64,000 nucleotides of DNA, taken from positions 448,001 through 512,000 of the forward strand of contig OZ244958.1 of assembly GCA_965222575.1 (NCBI GenBank), written 5' to 3'. A program made the position numbers and the translations under genes. The notes under the pieces are model-generated. The model was not told the DNA's origin, did no database searches, and worked only from the letters and a program-made list of their open reading frames with translations. The stretch is from Alphaproteobacteria bacterium (GTDB taxonomy: Bacteria > Pseudomonadota > Alphaproteobacteria > G965222575). Below, piece after piece: positions 31,863 to 41,985 of the stretch; within the stretch, counting starts at the first letter, position 1, and each line of letters starts with the position of its first letter.

Positions 31863-33942
31863 TTTTATCCCTCAACCGCGCCGCCGACTCAAACTCCAAT
31901 TCAGACGCCAATACCCGCATCTCTTCCTCTAAAGACTCTATCAGTATGCGCTTCTCACGCGCCCCACCCTTAAACACAGGCACCCTTTGCACTTCCAACC
32001 CCTTCCCCCTCCCCCTCCCCTTCCCCCTCCCCCTCTTCTTCCCCTCTCCCTCAAAAATAGCCGCACCAAGACCTACCGCCTTCTCCACCGTCCGAGGCGT
32101 AATGCCATGCTCCTCATTGTACTCCAACTGCCGACACCGACGCCGACCCGTCTCCTCCAACGCTCTACGCATAGACCCCGTCAACCTGTCTCCATACAAT
32201 AACACCCGACCCGCACTATGACGCGCCGCACGACCCATGGTCTGTATCAATGACGTCTCTGAACGCAAAAAACCCTCCTTATCCGCATCCAATATCGCTA
32301 CCAATGAACACTCAGGAATATCAAGACCCTCACGTAACAAATTAATACCAACTAATACATCATAAACCCCTAACCGCAAATCCTTAATCAGGGATATCCT
32401 CTCTAAGGTCTCTATATCAGAATGAAGATACCGACTCTTTATCGCCCCTTCCTGTAAATACTCCGATAAAACCTCCGCTAGCTTCTTCGTCAATGTCGTC
32501 ACCAAAACCCGACCCCCGCTCAATACCTCCTTTCTTATCTCTCCCAGTAAATCATCAATCTGATAACCCGCACCCCGTACCTCGCAGATAGGGTCTAATA
32601 AACCCGTCGGCCTAATCAACTGCTCCACAATACGACCACTACTCAACGCCTTCTCCCAATCCCCAGGCGTCGCCGATAAAAAAATCGTCTGAGGACGCAA
32701 TACTTCCCACTCCCCAAATCGCAACGGCCTATTGTCTATACAGGACGGTAACCGAAACCCATAGGACGATAAGGTATATTTACGACGAAAATCTCCCCGA
32801 AACATCCCCCTTATTTGCGGCACCGTTACATGAGACTCGTCTACAAAAAGTATCGCATCCGACGGTAAATACTCAAAAAGTGTCGGCGGCGGCGCCCCAG
32901 ACGGACGACCCGTAAGATAACGCGAATAATTCTCTATCCCTTTACAAAAACCACTACACCGCATCACCTCTAAATCATACAACGTCCTCTCCTCTAACCG
33001 CTGCGCCTCTAATAACTTGCCACCTCCCCTCAATACCAATAAACGTTCCTTAAGCTCCCTCCTAATCCCCCCCATCGCCCCCTCAAGAGTCCTCTTCGAT
33101 ACCACATAGTGACTTTGCGGATACACCACACACCGCTCTAAAATCCTCTCCCTCTTCCCCGTCAATACCCCTACTTCCTCTATCAACTCAACCCTTTCGT
33201 CAAATAGCCTAATCCTCCAGTACCTCTCTAACAAATGCGACGCATAAACCTCCAAAACATCCCCCCTCAACCGATACTGACCACGCTCCAACGACAAAAG
33301 CGTCCTCTTATACTGCAATAACGATAACCGACACAACACCTCCTTCAACCGTACCTCCTCCCCAACCTCAAAAATTACCACCAGTGACCCATAAGACGCC
33401 GCATCCCCTAACCCATATAAACACGACACAGACGCCGCTATCAGTACATCACGCCTCTCCAAAAGCGCACGCGTCGCACTATGACGCAACCTGTCTATCT
33501 CTTGGTTAACCGTCGCATCCTTCTCTATATACGTATCACTCCGCGCAATATACGCCTCCGGCTGATAATAATCATAGTACGATACAAAATACTCCACCGC
33601 ATTCCCAGGAAAAAAACCCTTCATCTCCTCATATAACTGAGCCGTTAAGGTCTTATTGTGCGACATTATCAACCCAGGACGACCCGTCCGCGCTACAACT
33701 TCCGCCATGCTAAAAGTCTTCCCAGAACCCGTCACCCCTAATAATACCTGATTGCGTACCCCCGCCTCTAACCCAGCTATCAACCCCTCTATAGCTTGCG
33801 GCTGATCCCCACAGGCTGAATACGAAGACACCAACTTAAATGGGGGCGAACGCTTCTTATACTCAACCCTAGGTGCCTCACTCCGCCACACAGAACCAGA
33901 CTCCATCAACAATAACGCACGCTTATACGCTTCTTCTTCCAA
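31837..33942 (-). CDS. uvrB: Excinuclease ABC subunit B
   Basis: GVTGSGKT, YFVSYYDYYQPEAY, DESH, GINLLREGLD, C-terminal UVR domain. Confidence 0.98.
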   Translation of the reverse strand: MEEEAYKRALLLMESGSVWRSEAPRVEYKKRSPPFKLVSSYSACGDQPQAIEGLIAGLEAGVRNQVLLGVTGSGKTFSMAEVVARTGRPGLIMSHNKTLTAQLYEEMKGFFPGNAVEYFVSYYDYYQPEAYIARSDTYIEKDATVNQEIDRLRHSATRALLERRDVLIAASVSCLYGLGDAASYGSLVVIFEVGEEVRLKEVLCRLSLLQYKRTLLSLERGQYRLRGDVLEVYASHLLERYWRIRLFDERVELIEEVGVLTGKRERILERCVVYPQSHYVVSKRTLEGAMGGIRRELKERLLVLRGGGKLLEAQRLEERTLYDLEVMRCSGFCKGIENYSRYLTGRPSGAPPPTLFEYLPSDAILFVDESHVTVPQIRGMFRGDFRRKYTLSSYGFRLPSCIDNRPLRFGEWEVLRPQTIFLSATPGDWEKALSSGRIVEQLIRPTGLLDPICEVRGAGYQIDDLLGEIRKEVLSGGRVLVTTLTKKLAEVLSEYLQEGAIKSRYLHSDIETLERISLIKDLRLGVYDVLVGINLLREGLDIPECSLVAILDADKEGFLRSETSLIQTMGRAARHSAGRVLLYGDRLTGSMRRALEETGRRRCRQLEYNEEHGITPRTVEKAVGLGAAIFEGEGKKRGRGKGRGRGKGLEVQRVPVFKGGAREKRILIESLEEEMRVLASELEFESAARLRDKIKRLRGLG

Positions 33943-33946
33943 CCCC

Positions 33947-34816
33947 TTACCCTCTCTTCCTCTCCCTTAACACCAACACAACAAATAACAACACACTCAG
34001 CACCAACACACTCAACCCAAACAATAACGTCCCAATCCCTCCTCCGCGCTCTAAAAAAACCGCACCCCCATAACGCATCCATAACCACTCCCTCAGTCCT
34101 TCCTCCCCTAAACCCCCAGCCGCTAAAGACTTAAGCTTCATCTTCAAATCTAACGCAAGAGGCGCAGACGAATCCCATAAAGTCAATCCCTCGCATTGTA
34201 GACACTCAAGGGTCTTAAAAAACGATACCAAATCTCCCTCCTCCACTATATCCCTCTTACCCTTTCTACCACCCGCTCCCCTCTCCAAAACTACCAACTC
34301 CTCTTTCTCCTCTCCTTTTATCCACGGCCATAAATATCTCTTAATAACATCCAATGTCAAACCACCATGCAGTATCGTCACAACCCGCCCCTCCTCCAAT
34401 AAAACCACCGCCGGGACATCCAAAACCCCCATAGAAACCAAAACTTCCCCCTCTTCATCTTTCCCAACCTCATCATAAAGACCCCCACCAAAACCCCATT
34501 CCTCATCCTTATACACCAACGCAACTAACTTAATACCAGCCGCATCAATATATTCCTTCAACCCCCTAAACACTTCCACATCTAAAACCGACTCCCTCGA
34601 CCAAGACGCTACCACATGAACAATCACCCCCCCTGTCCCAAAAACCCCTTTCTCCAATACCCCACCCCCAAAACTACGTACTGCTACATCCCAAGACACC
34701 GCCGGGTGAGACACTGTTATCTCTCTTTTCCGCTCCTTAAACAAGGACAACAATAACCCCAACGCTCCCACACCAAACAATACCACACACACACTCAACA
34801 CCAATACCCTAAACAC
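33947..34816 (-). CDS. Fused CcmG(DsbE)-like thioredoxin (CxxC lost) and CcmH(CycL) domain protein
   Basis: N-terminal TM, VASWSRES in place of ASWCxxC, GVLDVP cis-Pro-like motif, then LECLQC..DSSAPLALDLK..RYG and a C-terminal TM; follows ccmF. Confidence 0.75.
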   Translation of the reverse strand: MFRVLVLSVCVVLFGVGALGLLLSLFKERKREITVSHPAVSWDVAVRSFGGGVLEKGVFGTGGVIVHVVASWSRESVLDVEVFRGLKEYIDAAGIKLVALVYKDEEWGFGGGLYDEVGKDEEGEVLVSMGVLDVPAVVLLEEGRVVTILHGGLTLDVIKRYLWPWIKGEEKEELVVLERGAGGRKGKRDIVEEGDLVSFFKTLECLQCEGLTLWDSSAPLALDLKMKLKSLAAGGLGEEGLREWLWMRYGGAVFLERGGGIGTLLFGLSVLVLSVLLFVVLVLRERKRG

Positions 34817-36674
34817 CCAAACCCTTCCTCCTCCCCCTCCTAAAAACCGACACCAACACAGACCCCCCCATCACTAAGGCTCCCAACCATATCAAATCAA
34901 TCAAAGGCTTGTAAGAAACCTGTACCAAATATCTCAACCCCTCTCTCCCCGCGCCGCGCGTGTTAATAGCCATATGGACATGAGACGGAAATACCCGCAC
35001 AAAATCCGATTCCCACGTTTGGGCTAAAGGCGCCTTATAATACCTCAAAGACGGCGATAACTTAAAGGGAGGCTTTCCCGCAGATTCCCCCTCAAATGTC
35101 GTCACAAGTGACTGATAATTCTCCCCCTCCTCCCAACGCTCCTCTACCATCTTAAGAGTAATGCCCGCAACCTCAATATGCTCTCCTACTTCCAAAATCT
35201 CCTGCTTCGTCACCTCCAACCCTTGCGACGCTATCCCCAATAAACTCACGCACACCCCAACATGGGCAAACGAACGCACTGTCAATACAAGTCCCCGACC
35301 TTCCCATAAACTCCCAATAATCCCCCAAAAACTCACTGCTACCCAAAACAATACCAAAAAACCCCCGCCTTGCCACCGCCAAAACAAATACGTCAACCCT
35401 AACGATACCACCAATCCCCATAACAACGGCTTCACCCGTTCCCTCCCCACAAAACCCCTAGACGATACAACAGGCATCATCACCAAAAATACCCCCATAG
35501 GTAACAACAACATCGTAAAATACTCCTCCCCCAACGCCACAGGTAACGAAAAAAATACCCCAGAAATCACAGGCCACAATGTCCCCATCAACACAACCAC
35601 CGCAATAGCACATATCCAAAGACACTGACCCAATAACACCAGCACACGAACACTCATCACCTCCCTACGCCAACGCCTCAACCCCGGGCCCATCACCACA
35701 GACACAACACTCACTGCAAAAAATACTAGAAAAATCATCAACAAAATTACCCCACGCGTCGGCGACGACGCAAACCCATGTACCGATACCAATACCCCGC
35801 TCCTCACCAAAAACATCCCCATCAAAACTGACAAAAAAGGGAAGCCCAATAAACTCATTAACAAAACACCAAAACCCCCTCCCACCGCATACAAATGAAG
35901 AACCCCTATCACTAAAAGCCATGGCATAAGCGCTACCGTCTCCACAGGATCCCAAAACCACCAACCCCCCCAGCCAAGCTCGTAATACGCCCAATAAGAC
36001 CCTAACGCTATGGCTATAGTCAAAAACCCAAACGCTCCCCTAAGCCAACCCCCTAAACCCCTAACTACCTCAACACCCCTAAAACACCCTAACAACCCAA
36101 CACTAAACGGCACAAGTAACAATGCCGCTCCTAAATAAAAAAAAGGGGGATGAAACGCTAATGACGGATCCTGCAAAATCGGATTCAACCCCGACCCCTC
36201 CAATACAGACTTTACCCCCCTAAAAGGCGACGAAAATACACTTGACAACAAAACAAACGATAAAATTACACTCCCCATAATCCCTAACACATATCGCTTC
36301 CCCTCTAAACTCCCTCCCCCGCCGCCAACAAAACTCCACACCACGCGCACAAAACACAACATCATCAACCACAACAATAACGACCCCTCATGATTCCCCC
36401 ATACCCCAGCTACCCTATACAAAAGAGGCTCCCCCTCATGACTATGACGCCACACCAACCACAAAGACAAATCCGTACCAACAAAACCCCACAGCAATAC
36501 CAAAAAACTCACAACACACAAAACAAGTGCTACCACACTCATCTCACGCTGAAGAAAAAAAATACCGCCTCCCCTCAATACGCCCCCCACACGCACAAAA
36601 CCCAATAACACAACGAAAATCTCTACTAACAAGAGACTCCATAAAACAACATCTCCTAAAACCCCCAACATCAC
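34809..36674 (-). CDS. ccmF: Cytochrome c-type biogenesis heme lyase CcmF
   Basis: WGNHEGSLLLW, GLNPILQD, HPP, WAYYELGWGGWWFWDPVE, SVHGF. Confidence 0.96.
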   Translation of the reverse strand: MMLGVLGDVVLWSLLLVEIFVVLLGFVRVGGVLRGGGIFFLQREMSVVALVLCVVSFLVLLWGFVGTDLSLWLVWRHSHEGEPLLYRVAGVWGNHEGSLLLWLMMLCFVRVVWSFVGGGGGSLEGKRYVLGIMGSVILSFVLLSSVFSSPFRGVKSVLEGSGLNPILQDPSLAFHPPFFYLGAALLLVPFSVGLLGCFRGVEVVRGLGGWLRGAFGFLTIAIALGSYWAYYELGWGGWWFWDPVETVALMPWLLVIGVLHLYAVGGGFGVLLMSLLGFPFLSVLMGMFLVRSGVLVSVHGFASSPTRGVILLMIFLVFFAVSVVSVVMGPGLRRWRREVMSVRVLVLLGQCLWICAIAVVVLMGTLWPVISGVFFSLPVALGEEYFTMLLLPMGVFLVMMPVVSSRGFVGRERVKPLLWGLVVSLGLTYLFWRWQGGGFLVLFWVAVSFWGIIGSLWEGRGLVLTVRSFAHVGVCVSLLGIASQGLEVTKQEILEVGEHIEVAGITLKMVEERWEEGENYQSLVTTFEGESAGKPPFKLSPSLRYYKAPLAQTWESDFVRVFPSHVHMAINTRGAGREGLRYLVQVSYKPLIDLIWLGALVMGGSVLVSVFRRGRRKGLGV

Positions 36675-36698
36675 ACACAGTCTCCTAATACCAATCTT

Positions 36699-37127
36699 TC
36701 AGATAACAACATAAAAGGACTTCAGATAAAACGGCAATAACGGCTCAGACAACGGCCTATAGGTCTCATCATGCTTCGCTAACACCCGCTCTGCAACAAA
36801 TACCCCCGCGCTCGATACCCACCGACCCTTCACCACTACCAATTGACCCTCCCTAAATAAAGACGGCAGTAAACCCCCATACCTCACCCGTAACCGCGTC
36901 CGACTATCCTTTATCTCAAAAATAACCCAAGCTCCCTCTTCCTCAACACTCCCCACGCATACCTCACCCGCTACCTTCAATACTCCACCCCCTCGTATCA
37001 ACTCCTCTTGCGACGGAAAAACAAAAAACGAAACCGTCCTGCTAATAGAAAAAACTAGCAACAATACCCCCAACACTACTAAAAAACACAACAACACAGT
37101 AACCCTAAAACCCACAACAACCCTCAC
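36699..37127 (-). CDS. ccmE: Heme chaperone CcmE
   Basis: LPSLFREGQ and LAKHDETY heme-binding motif. Confidence 0.93.
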   Translation of the reverse strand: MRVVVGFRVTVLLCFLVVLGVLLLVFSISRTVSFFVFPSQEELIRGGGVLKVAGEVCVGSVEEEGAWVIFEIKDSRTRLRVRYGGLLPSLFREGQLVVVKGRWVSSAGVFVAERVLAKHDETYRPLSEPLLPFYLKSFYVVI

Positions 37128-37999
37128 CTCAACCTCACAAGCTTAACCCCTAATAACCCCATCATCAAATACCCCAATCCTAACCCCACTAATAACAACG
37201 CACTCAACACCACTAACGAAAAAGACCAAACCAATCCCACTCCCAATAATACAAAAAACCCTATCAACCACAACACCAACACCACGACACTCCAAAACCT
37301 CATCCTCCATAAAAAAGTCCGATTAAAGGCACTGCCAAATACCAAAAATATCCCCAACCCATACAACCCTAACGCTACCACTAACAACGGTAACAACATC
37401 GAATAAGAAATCGTTGAAGAAGACAAATCCCTAAATACCACACTCGCTCCCTGATGCAAGGTATTCCACCACTCCACTGAAAACTTGATAATAGGAAGAT
37501 TAATCCCTCCCAATATCCCTATCACACTCGCCCCATACAGTCCCTTCTCCCCAATAGCTAACCGCGGTATCAACAACACCACAATATACAAAAAAAATAA
37601 CACCAACACAGAGGTCAACCTCCCATCCCATACCCACCACCACCCCCACGTAAACCGTCCCCATATAGACCCCGTCACCAAACACAAAAAAGTACTCATA
37701 CATCCCACACGCGCCGTGGATAACAAAAGCCTGCCTAACCCTTCTCCCCTCTTCAAACAATACAGTACCCCAACCACGCACAACACCACATAAAGCGATA
37801 AACTCAACCACGCATACGGTACATGAAGGTACAGTATCCTAAAAACTTCCCCCTGAACATAATCACTAGGCGTCAAAAATAATCCCCAAAATAATCCCCA
37901 TATATACAAACTTACCCCCAATACCCCACACATACTCAACACCCACGATAACACCAATACCCGCACCCCAATTCCTCCCTCTTGATAAAACCTATCCAA
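37124..37999 (-). CDS. ccmC: Heme exporter CcmC with extra C-terminal TM segments (possible CcmD fusion); start uncertain
   Basis: RILYLHVP, WGRFTWGWWWVWDGRLTS (WWD), SVEWWNTLHQ. Confidence 0.92.
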   Translation of the reverse strand: MDRFYQEGGIGVRVLVLSWVLSMCGVLGVSLYIWGLFWGLFLTPSDYVQGEVFRILYLHVPYAWLSLSLYVVLCVVGVLYCLKRGEGLGRLLLSTARVGCMSTFLCLVTGSIWGRFTWGWWWVWDGRLTSVLVLFFLYIVVLLIPRLAIGEKGLYGASVIGILGGINLPIIKFSVEWWNTLHQGASVVFRDLSSSTISYSMLLPLLVVALGLYGLGIFLVFGSAFNRTFLWRMRFWSVVVLVLWLIGFFVLLGVGLVWSFSLVVLSALLLVGLGLGYLMMGLLGVKLVRLR

Positions 38000-38060
38000 T
38001 CACTTTATAATACCCCCTTAATACTTCAACAATCAACTTCCTTCTCCCACACGTCTCCCC

Positions 38061-38825
38061 ATGAGCTACCTCCTCGCCATACAAAATTGCTCCCTCTACT
38101 TCAACACCTTTTGCGCCTTAAACAATGTCTCCCTCAAAATCCCTAACGGAAAAATCTCCGGACTCATCGGACCAAACGGCGCCGGCAAAACAAGCCTCTT
38201 TAACTGCATAAACGGACTCTATAAACCCTCACAAGGACATATCCTCCTAAACCACCACGGCAACATCACATCCCTCCCACCTCACAAACGAACCGCACTC
38301 GGTATCACCCGTACCTTCCAATACCCCTCCATACCCCCACATATCTCCACCGCCCAAGCCGCCTCCACAGGCTCCTACACCCTCTTCCAATCCTCCCTCA
38401 TAGACACCATCTTCAACTCTAAACGCTACAAACATCACAACTCACAACACAAAGAATGGACCTCCTACACCCTCAACCTCTTAAACCTCTCTCACCTCAA
38501 AAACCAACAAGTCCAAACCCTCACCTTCGTCCAAAAAAAACAACTCGAAATCGCTCGCGCTATCACCCCTAATACCAAACTCCTACTCCTAGACGAACCA
38601 GCTACAGGCCTCTCTATAAACGAAATCTCCTCCTTCAAACTCACCATAAAACGTCTCCAAAAAAAACTCAACCTCTCCATCCTCATGGTCGAACACAACA
38701 TGACCCTCGCCCTCGATATCTGCCAAACCCTCTTCATCCTCAATAACGGTAAACTCATCGCCAACGGAACACCACACTCTATCCAGCAAAATAAAATCGT
38801 CCAAAAAGTCTACTTGCTCCAATAA
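38061..38825 (+). CDS. Branched-chain amino acid ABC ATPase (LivG-like)
   Basis: GPNGAGKT, GITRTFQ, LLDEPATG, VEHNM, VQKVYL. Confidence 0.9.
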   Translation: MSYLLAIQNCSLYFNTFCALNNVSLKIPNGKISGLIGPNGAGKTSLFNCINGLYKPSQGHILLNHHGNITSLPPHKRTALGITRTFQYPSIPPHISTAQAASTGSYTLFQSSLIDTIFNSKRYKHHNSQHKEWTSYTLNLLNLSHLKNQQVQTLTFVQKKQLEIARAITPNTKLLLLDEPATGLSINEISSFKLTIKRLQKKLNLSILMVEHNMTLALDICQTLFILNNGKLIANGTPHSIQQNKIVQKVYLLQ

Positions 38826-38834
38826 CCTGACAAC

Positions 38835-39506
38835 ATGAAACATATCCTCTCTATTAACCTCACTTGCGTAAGACAAAAACAACAAGTCCTCACCAATATC
38901 AACTGTACCCTCAATACCCACCACATCACCCTCCTAACAGGACCAAACGGCGCCGGCAAAACAACCCTCCTAAACTGTATCTTCAACCTCATCCCCTACA
39001 ACGGATTAGTCCTCTTCAACGGACACAACCTCTCACAACTCCCTCCACAACGCATACCCCCACTAGGACTCGCTTACATCCCAGAAAATAAAGGACTCTT
39101 CCCAGAACTCACCGTTAAAGAAAATCTCTCCCTAAGCGGACACAACACAAAACGAACCCTACGCAACAAAACCCTCAACCACCTCCTCAACCTCTCCCCC
39201 TCCCTCAAAAAAAAACAACACCTACAAGCCGGGTTCCTCTCAGGCGGCGAACAGCAATACCTCGCCGTCCTCAAAACCCTCATGATGAACCCTAAACTCC
39301 TACTCCTAGACGAACCCCTAAATGGCCTCTCCCCTAAATGGAAATCCTCCCTCCTCAACCTCCTCAAAACCCTCAAACAAAACGGCATGACCATCCTCAT
39401 GGCGGAACAACCTAGCCCCCAATGTAAAAAAATCACCAATACCACCTGGACCATCAACAAAGGACACCTCCAAAACCACCCCACCTCCCAACATGTGGAT
39501 ACATAA
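38835..39506 (+). CDS. Branched-chain amino acid ABC ATPase (LivF-like)
   Basis: GPNGAGKT, LSGGEQQ, LLDEP, AEQ. Confidence 0.9.
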   Translation: MKHILSINLTCVRQKQQVLTNINCTLNTHHITLLTGPNGAGKTTLLNCIFNLIPYNGLVLFNGHNLSQLPPQRIPPLGLAYIPENKGLFPELTVKENLSLSGHNTKRTLRNKTLNHLLNLSPSLKKKQHLQAGFLSGGEQQYLAVLKTLMMNPKLLLLDEPLNGLSPKWKSSLLNLLKTLKQNGMTILMAEQPSPQCKKITNTTWTINKGHLQNHPTSQHVDT

Positions 39507-40368
39507 TCTCGTTCTCATCCTCTCAAACGGCAGTATCTATGCCCTCATCGCCCTCGCCCTGGTCATGATCCATAAATCCACCGGCCTCATCAACTTCGCT
39601 CAAGGCGAAATGGCTACCTTCAGCACTTACATTTGTTTCTCCCTCATTACCTTCTTCCACCTCAACTACTGGGTAGCCTTCTGCCTCACCCTCCTCCTCT
39701 CCTTCCTCTTAGGACTCTCCATAGAACGATTCCTCATCCGACCCCTCTACAAACACATCACCCTCAACCACTTCTCCGTCATCACCCTCTTCATCGGCCT
39801 CATGATTACCTTCCACGCCTCCACAGGAGTCCTTTGGGGCTTTGGAACCTTCCCTTTCCCTTCCCCCTTCAAAACCATAGACTCCCACCTCATAAGCGGA
39901 CACCACTTAGGCATTGCTCTTCTAGCTGCCCTCCTCTTCCTTGCTCTCTTTCTTTTCTTTCGCTACACCTCTATGGGCCTCAAAATGCGCGCCGCTGCAC
40001 AAAATCCTCAAGCCTGCACCCTCATGGGTATCTCCGTCAACCAACTCTACAGCTTAGGATGGGGACTCGCCGCTGCCCTCGGCGCCATAGCAGGACTCCT
40101 CACAGCCCCCATGGTCTTCCTCGCTCCAGATATGATGATGGCAACCTTCATCTATGGATTCGCCGCCGCTCTCATCGGCGGACTCAATAGCCCCCTCGGC
40201 GCTACCCTAGGCGCTTTCCTCCTCAGTACAACTGAAATCCTCATCATCCAATACATCCCAGGATTCGGTACCGTTATGAAACTCCCTCTTGCTCTCCTCT
40301 TCATCGTTTGCCTCCTCATCCTCAAACCAGAAGGACTCTTCAATAAAAAAAATCCTCAGCGCGTCTAA
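39493..40368 (+). CDS. Branched-chain amino acid ABC permease (LivH-like)
   Basis: GSIYALIA, INFAQGE, GLKMRAAAQN, AALIGGL. Confidence 0.92.
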   Translation: MWIHNLVLILSNGSIYALIALALVMIHKSTGLINFAQGEMATFSTYICFSLITFFHLNYWVAFCLTLLLSFLLGLSIERFLIRPLYKHITLNHFSVITLFIGLMITFHASTGVLWGFGTFPFPSPFKTIDSHLISGHHLGIALLAALLFLALFLFFRYTSMGLKMRAAAQNPQACTLMGISVNQLYSLGWGLAAALGAIAGLLTAPMVFLAPDMMMATFIYGFAAALIGGLNSPLGATLGAFLLSTTEILIIQYIPGFGTVMKLPLALLFIVCLLILKPEGLFNKKNPQRV

Positions 40369-40371
40369 CCC

Positions 40372-41328
40372 ATGACCTCTAAACTCCTCCTCCTTATCCT
40401 TACCTGCGCACTCCTGCCTCTCTTCCTCTCAGATTACACCCTCTTCCTCTCCGTCTCCCTGATAGGATGGGCTATTGCCCTCTTCGGCCTCAACTTCGTC
40501 ATGGGGTTAAGCGGGCGATTCACCCTGGGCTCTAACGCCTTCATGCTCCTAGGCCTCTATACCGCCACCATCAGTATCAATTCCGCAACGGGTGCCCTCA
40601 TCGCTCTCACCACCGCCACCGCCATAGGCGCCTTAGCCGGACTCCTCTTCGGACGACTCACCACCTCCTTAGAACAAGCTTCCCTCGCCGCCGCCACCAT
40701 CGCTCTCGCCCTCGCTTTCCCCCCGCTCCTCAAACACCCAGCCTTCGAACCCCTCACCGGCGGCGTGCAAGGACTCCACATCCAGAACCACCTCTTAACC
40801 CTCCTTCCTTTTCAGACCATACCCCTATCTGATACCCTCCTCTTTTGGCTAGCAAGCGCTCTCCTCCTCCTTACCGCTCTTACCTTCCACCGTATCAAAA
40901 TAAGCCCCCTAGGGCCCGTCTCCGCTTCCCTACAGCACAACCACATGGTCGCTCAAGCCATAGGAATCAATACTGCCAATATCAAAACCCTCTTCTTCTC
41001 CCTAAGCGGCGCCTTCTGTAGCCTCGCAGGTGCCCTCATCGCCCTCACTACCAAATTCGCCTCCCCTGATAGCTTCGACCTCTTCACCTCTATCTCCCTG
41101 CTGGTCGGCCTCACCATCGGCGGACTCTCCTCCACCAGCGGGCCCATCATAGGAAGCCTCTTCCTCTTCTTCGTCCCAGACCTCGTCGCAGAATACCTCT
41201 CAAAAACCGCAACCTGGGCCCTCTATGGACTCCTCCTCATCCTCGCCGTCTTCCTCTTCCCAAAAGGCATAACAGGTAGCCTACACCGCCTCCCATCAAC
41301 CCTACGACTCCTCTTCCCAAAGCGGTGA
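40372..41328 (+). CDS. Branched-chain amino acid ABC permease (LivM-like)
   Basis: GLNFVMGLSG, TGGVQG, GPIIG, PKGI. Confidence 0.88.
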   Translation: MTSKLLLLILTCALLPLFLSDYTLFLSVSLIGWAIALFGLNFVMGLSGRFTLGSNAFMLLGLYTATISINSATGALIALTTATAIGALAGLLFGRLTTSLEQASLAAATIALALAFPPLLKHPAFEPLTGGVQGLHIQNHLLTLLPFQTIPLSDTLLFWLASALLLLTALTFHRIKISPLGPVSASLQHNHMVAQAIGINTANIKTLFFSLSGAFCSLAGALIALTTKFASPDSFDLFTSISLLVGLTIGGLSSTSGPIIGSLFLFFVPDLVAEYLSKTATWALYGLLLILAVFLFPKGITGSLHRLPSTLRLLFPKR

Positions 41329-41985
41329 CTCTATCTTCAACAAAAGCTCCTTCCGACGACGCAACTCTTCCTCTGTCAATGCCTCAACAAAACCACGCCT
41401 CTCAATCACCGCCTCATCACCACCACTAGCCAACACAACCGCCGCCTCTTTCCTTCCTACCTCCTCAGGTTCCCCCGCTTTCTCAAGACACATCTTCCTA
41501 TAAACCTCCGCCAATAACTGCGCATCCAGTAAAGCCCCATGCTTCGTGCGCTTAGACAAATCTACCCCATAATACACGCAAAGACTATCCAGCGACACAC
41601 GTTGCCCAGGAAGCTTCTCCCGCGCAATCTGTAGCGTGTCTATCACTTCATTCTTCAATTCCCCCTCACCGCTCTCCTCAAGCTCCCTCTTCAAAAACGA
41701 TAAATCAAAGGGCGCATTATGTATAATAAGAGGACTCTCCCCTAAAAAAGACAAAAATGCCGGCATTATTTCCTTAAACAACGGCTTGCCCTTCAGAAAA
41801 TCATCGGATAAACCGTGAATCTTCACCACCTCCTCCGGTACCGACCGACAAGGATCAAGATAACACGAATACTCCTTCCCCGTTAACCGACCATCTAATA
41901 TCTCAACAGCCCCTATCTCCACTATCTTATGTCCCTCAAGAGGACTCAACCCCGTGGTCTCCGTATCTAACGCTATCAACCGCAC
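41302..41985 (-). CDS. dnaQ: DNA polymerase III epsilon subunit
   Basis: LDTETTG, HNAPFD, HGALLDA. Confidence 0.97.
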   Translation of the reverse strand: MRLIALDTETTGLSPLEGHKIVEIGAVEILDGRLTGKEYSCYLDPCRSVPEEVVKIHGLSDDFLKGKPLFKEIMPAFLSFLGESPLIIHNAPFDLSFLKRELEESGEGELKNEVIDTLQIAREKLPGQRVSLDSLCVYYGVDLSKRTKHGALLDAQLLAEVYRKMCLEKAGEPEEVGRKEAAVVLASGGDEAVIERRGFVEALTEEELRRRKELLLKIESPLWEEES

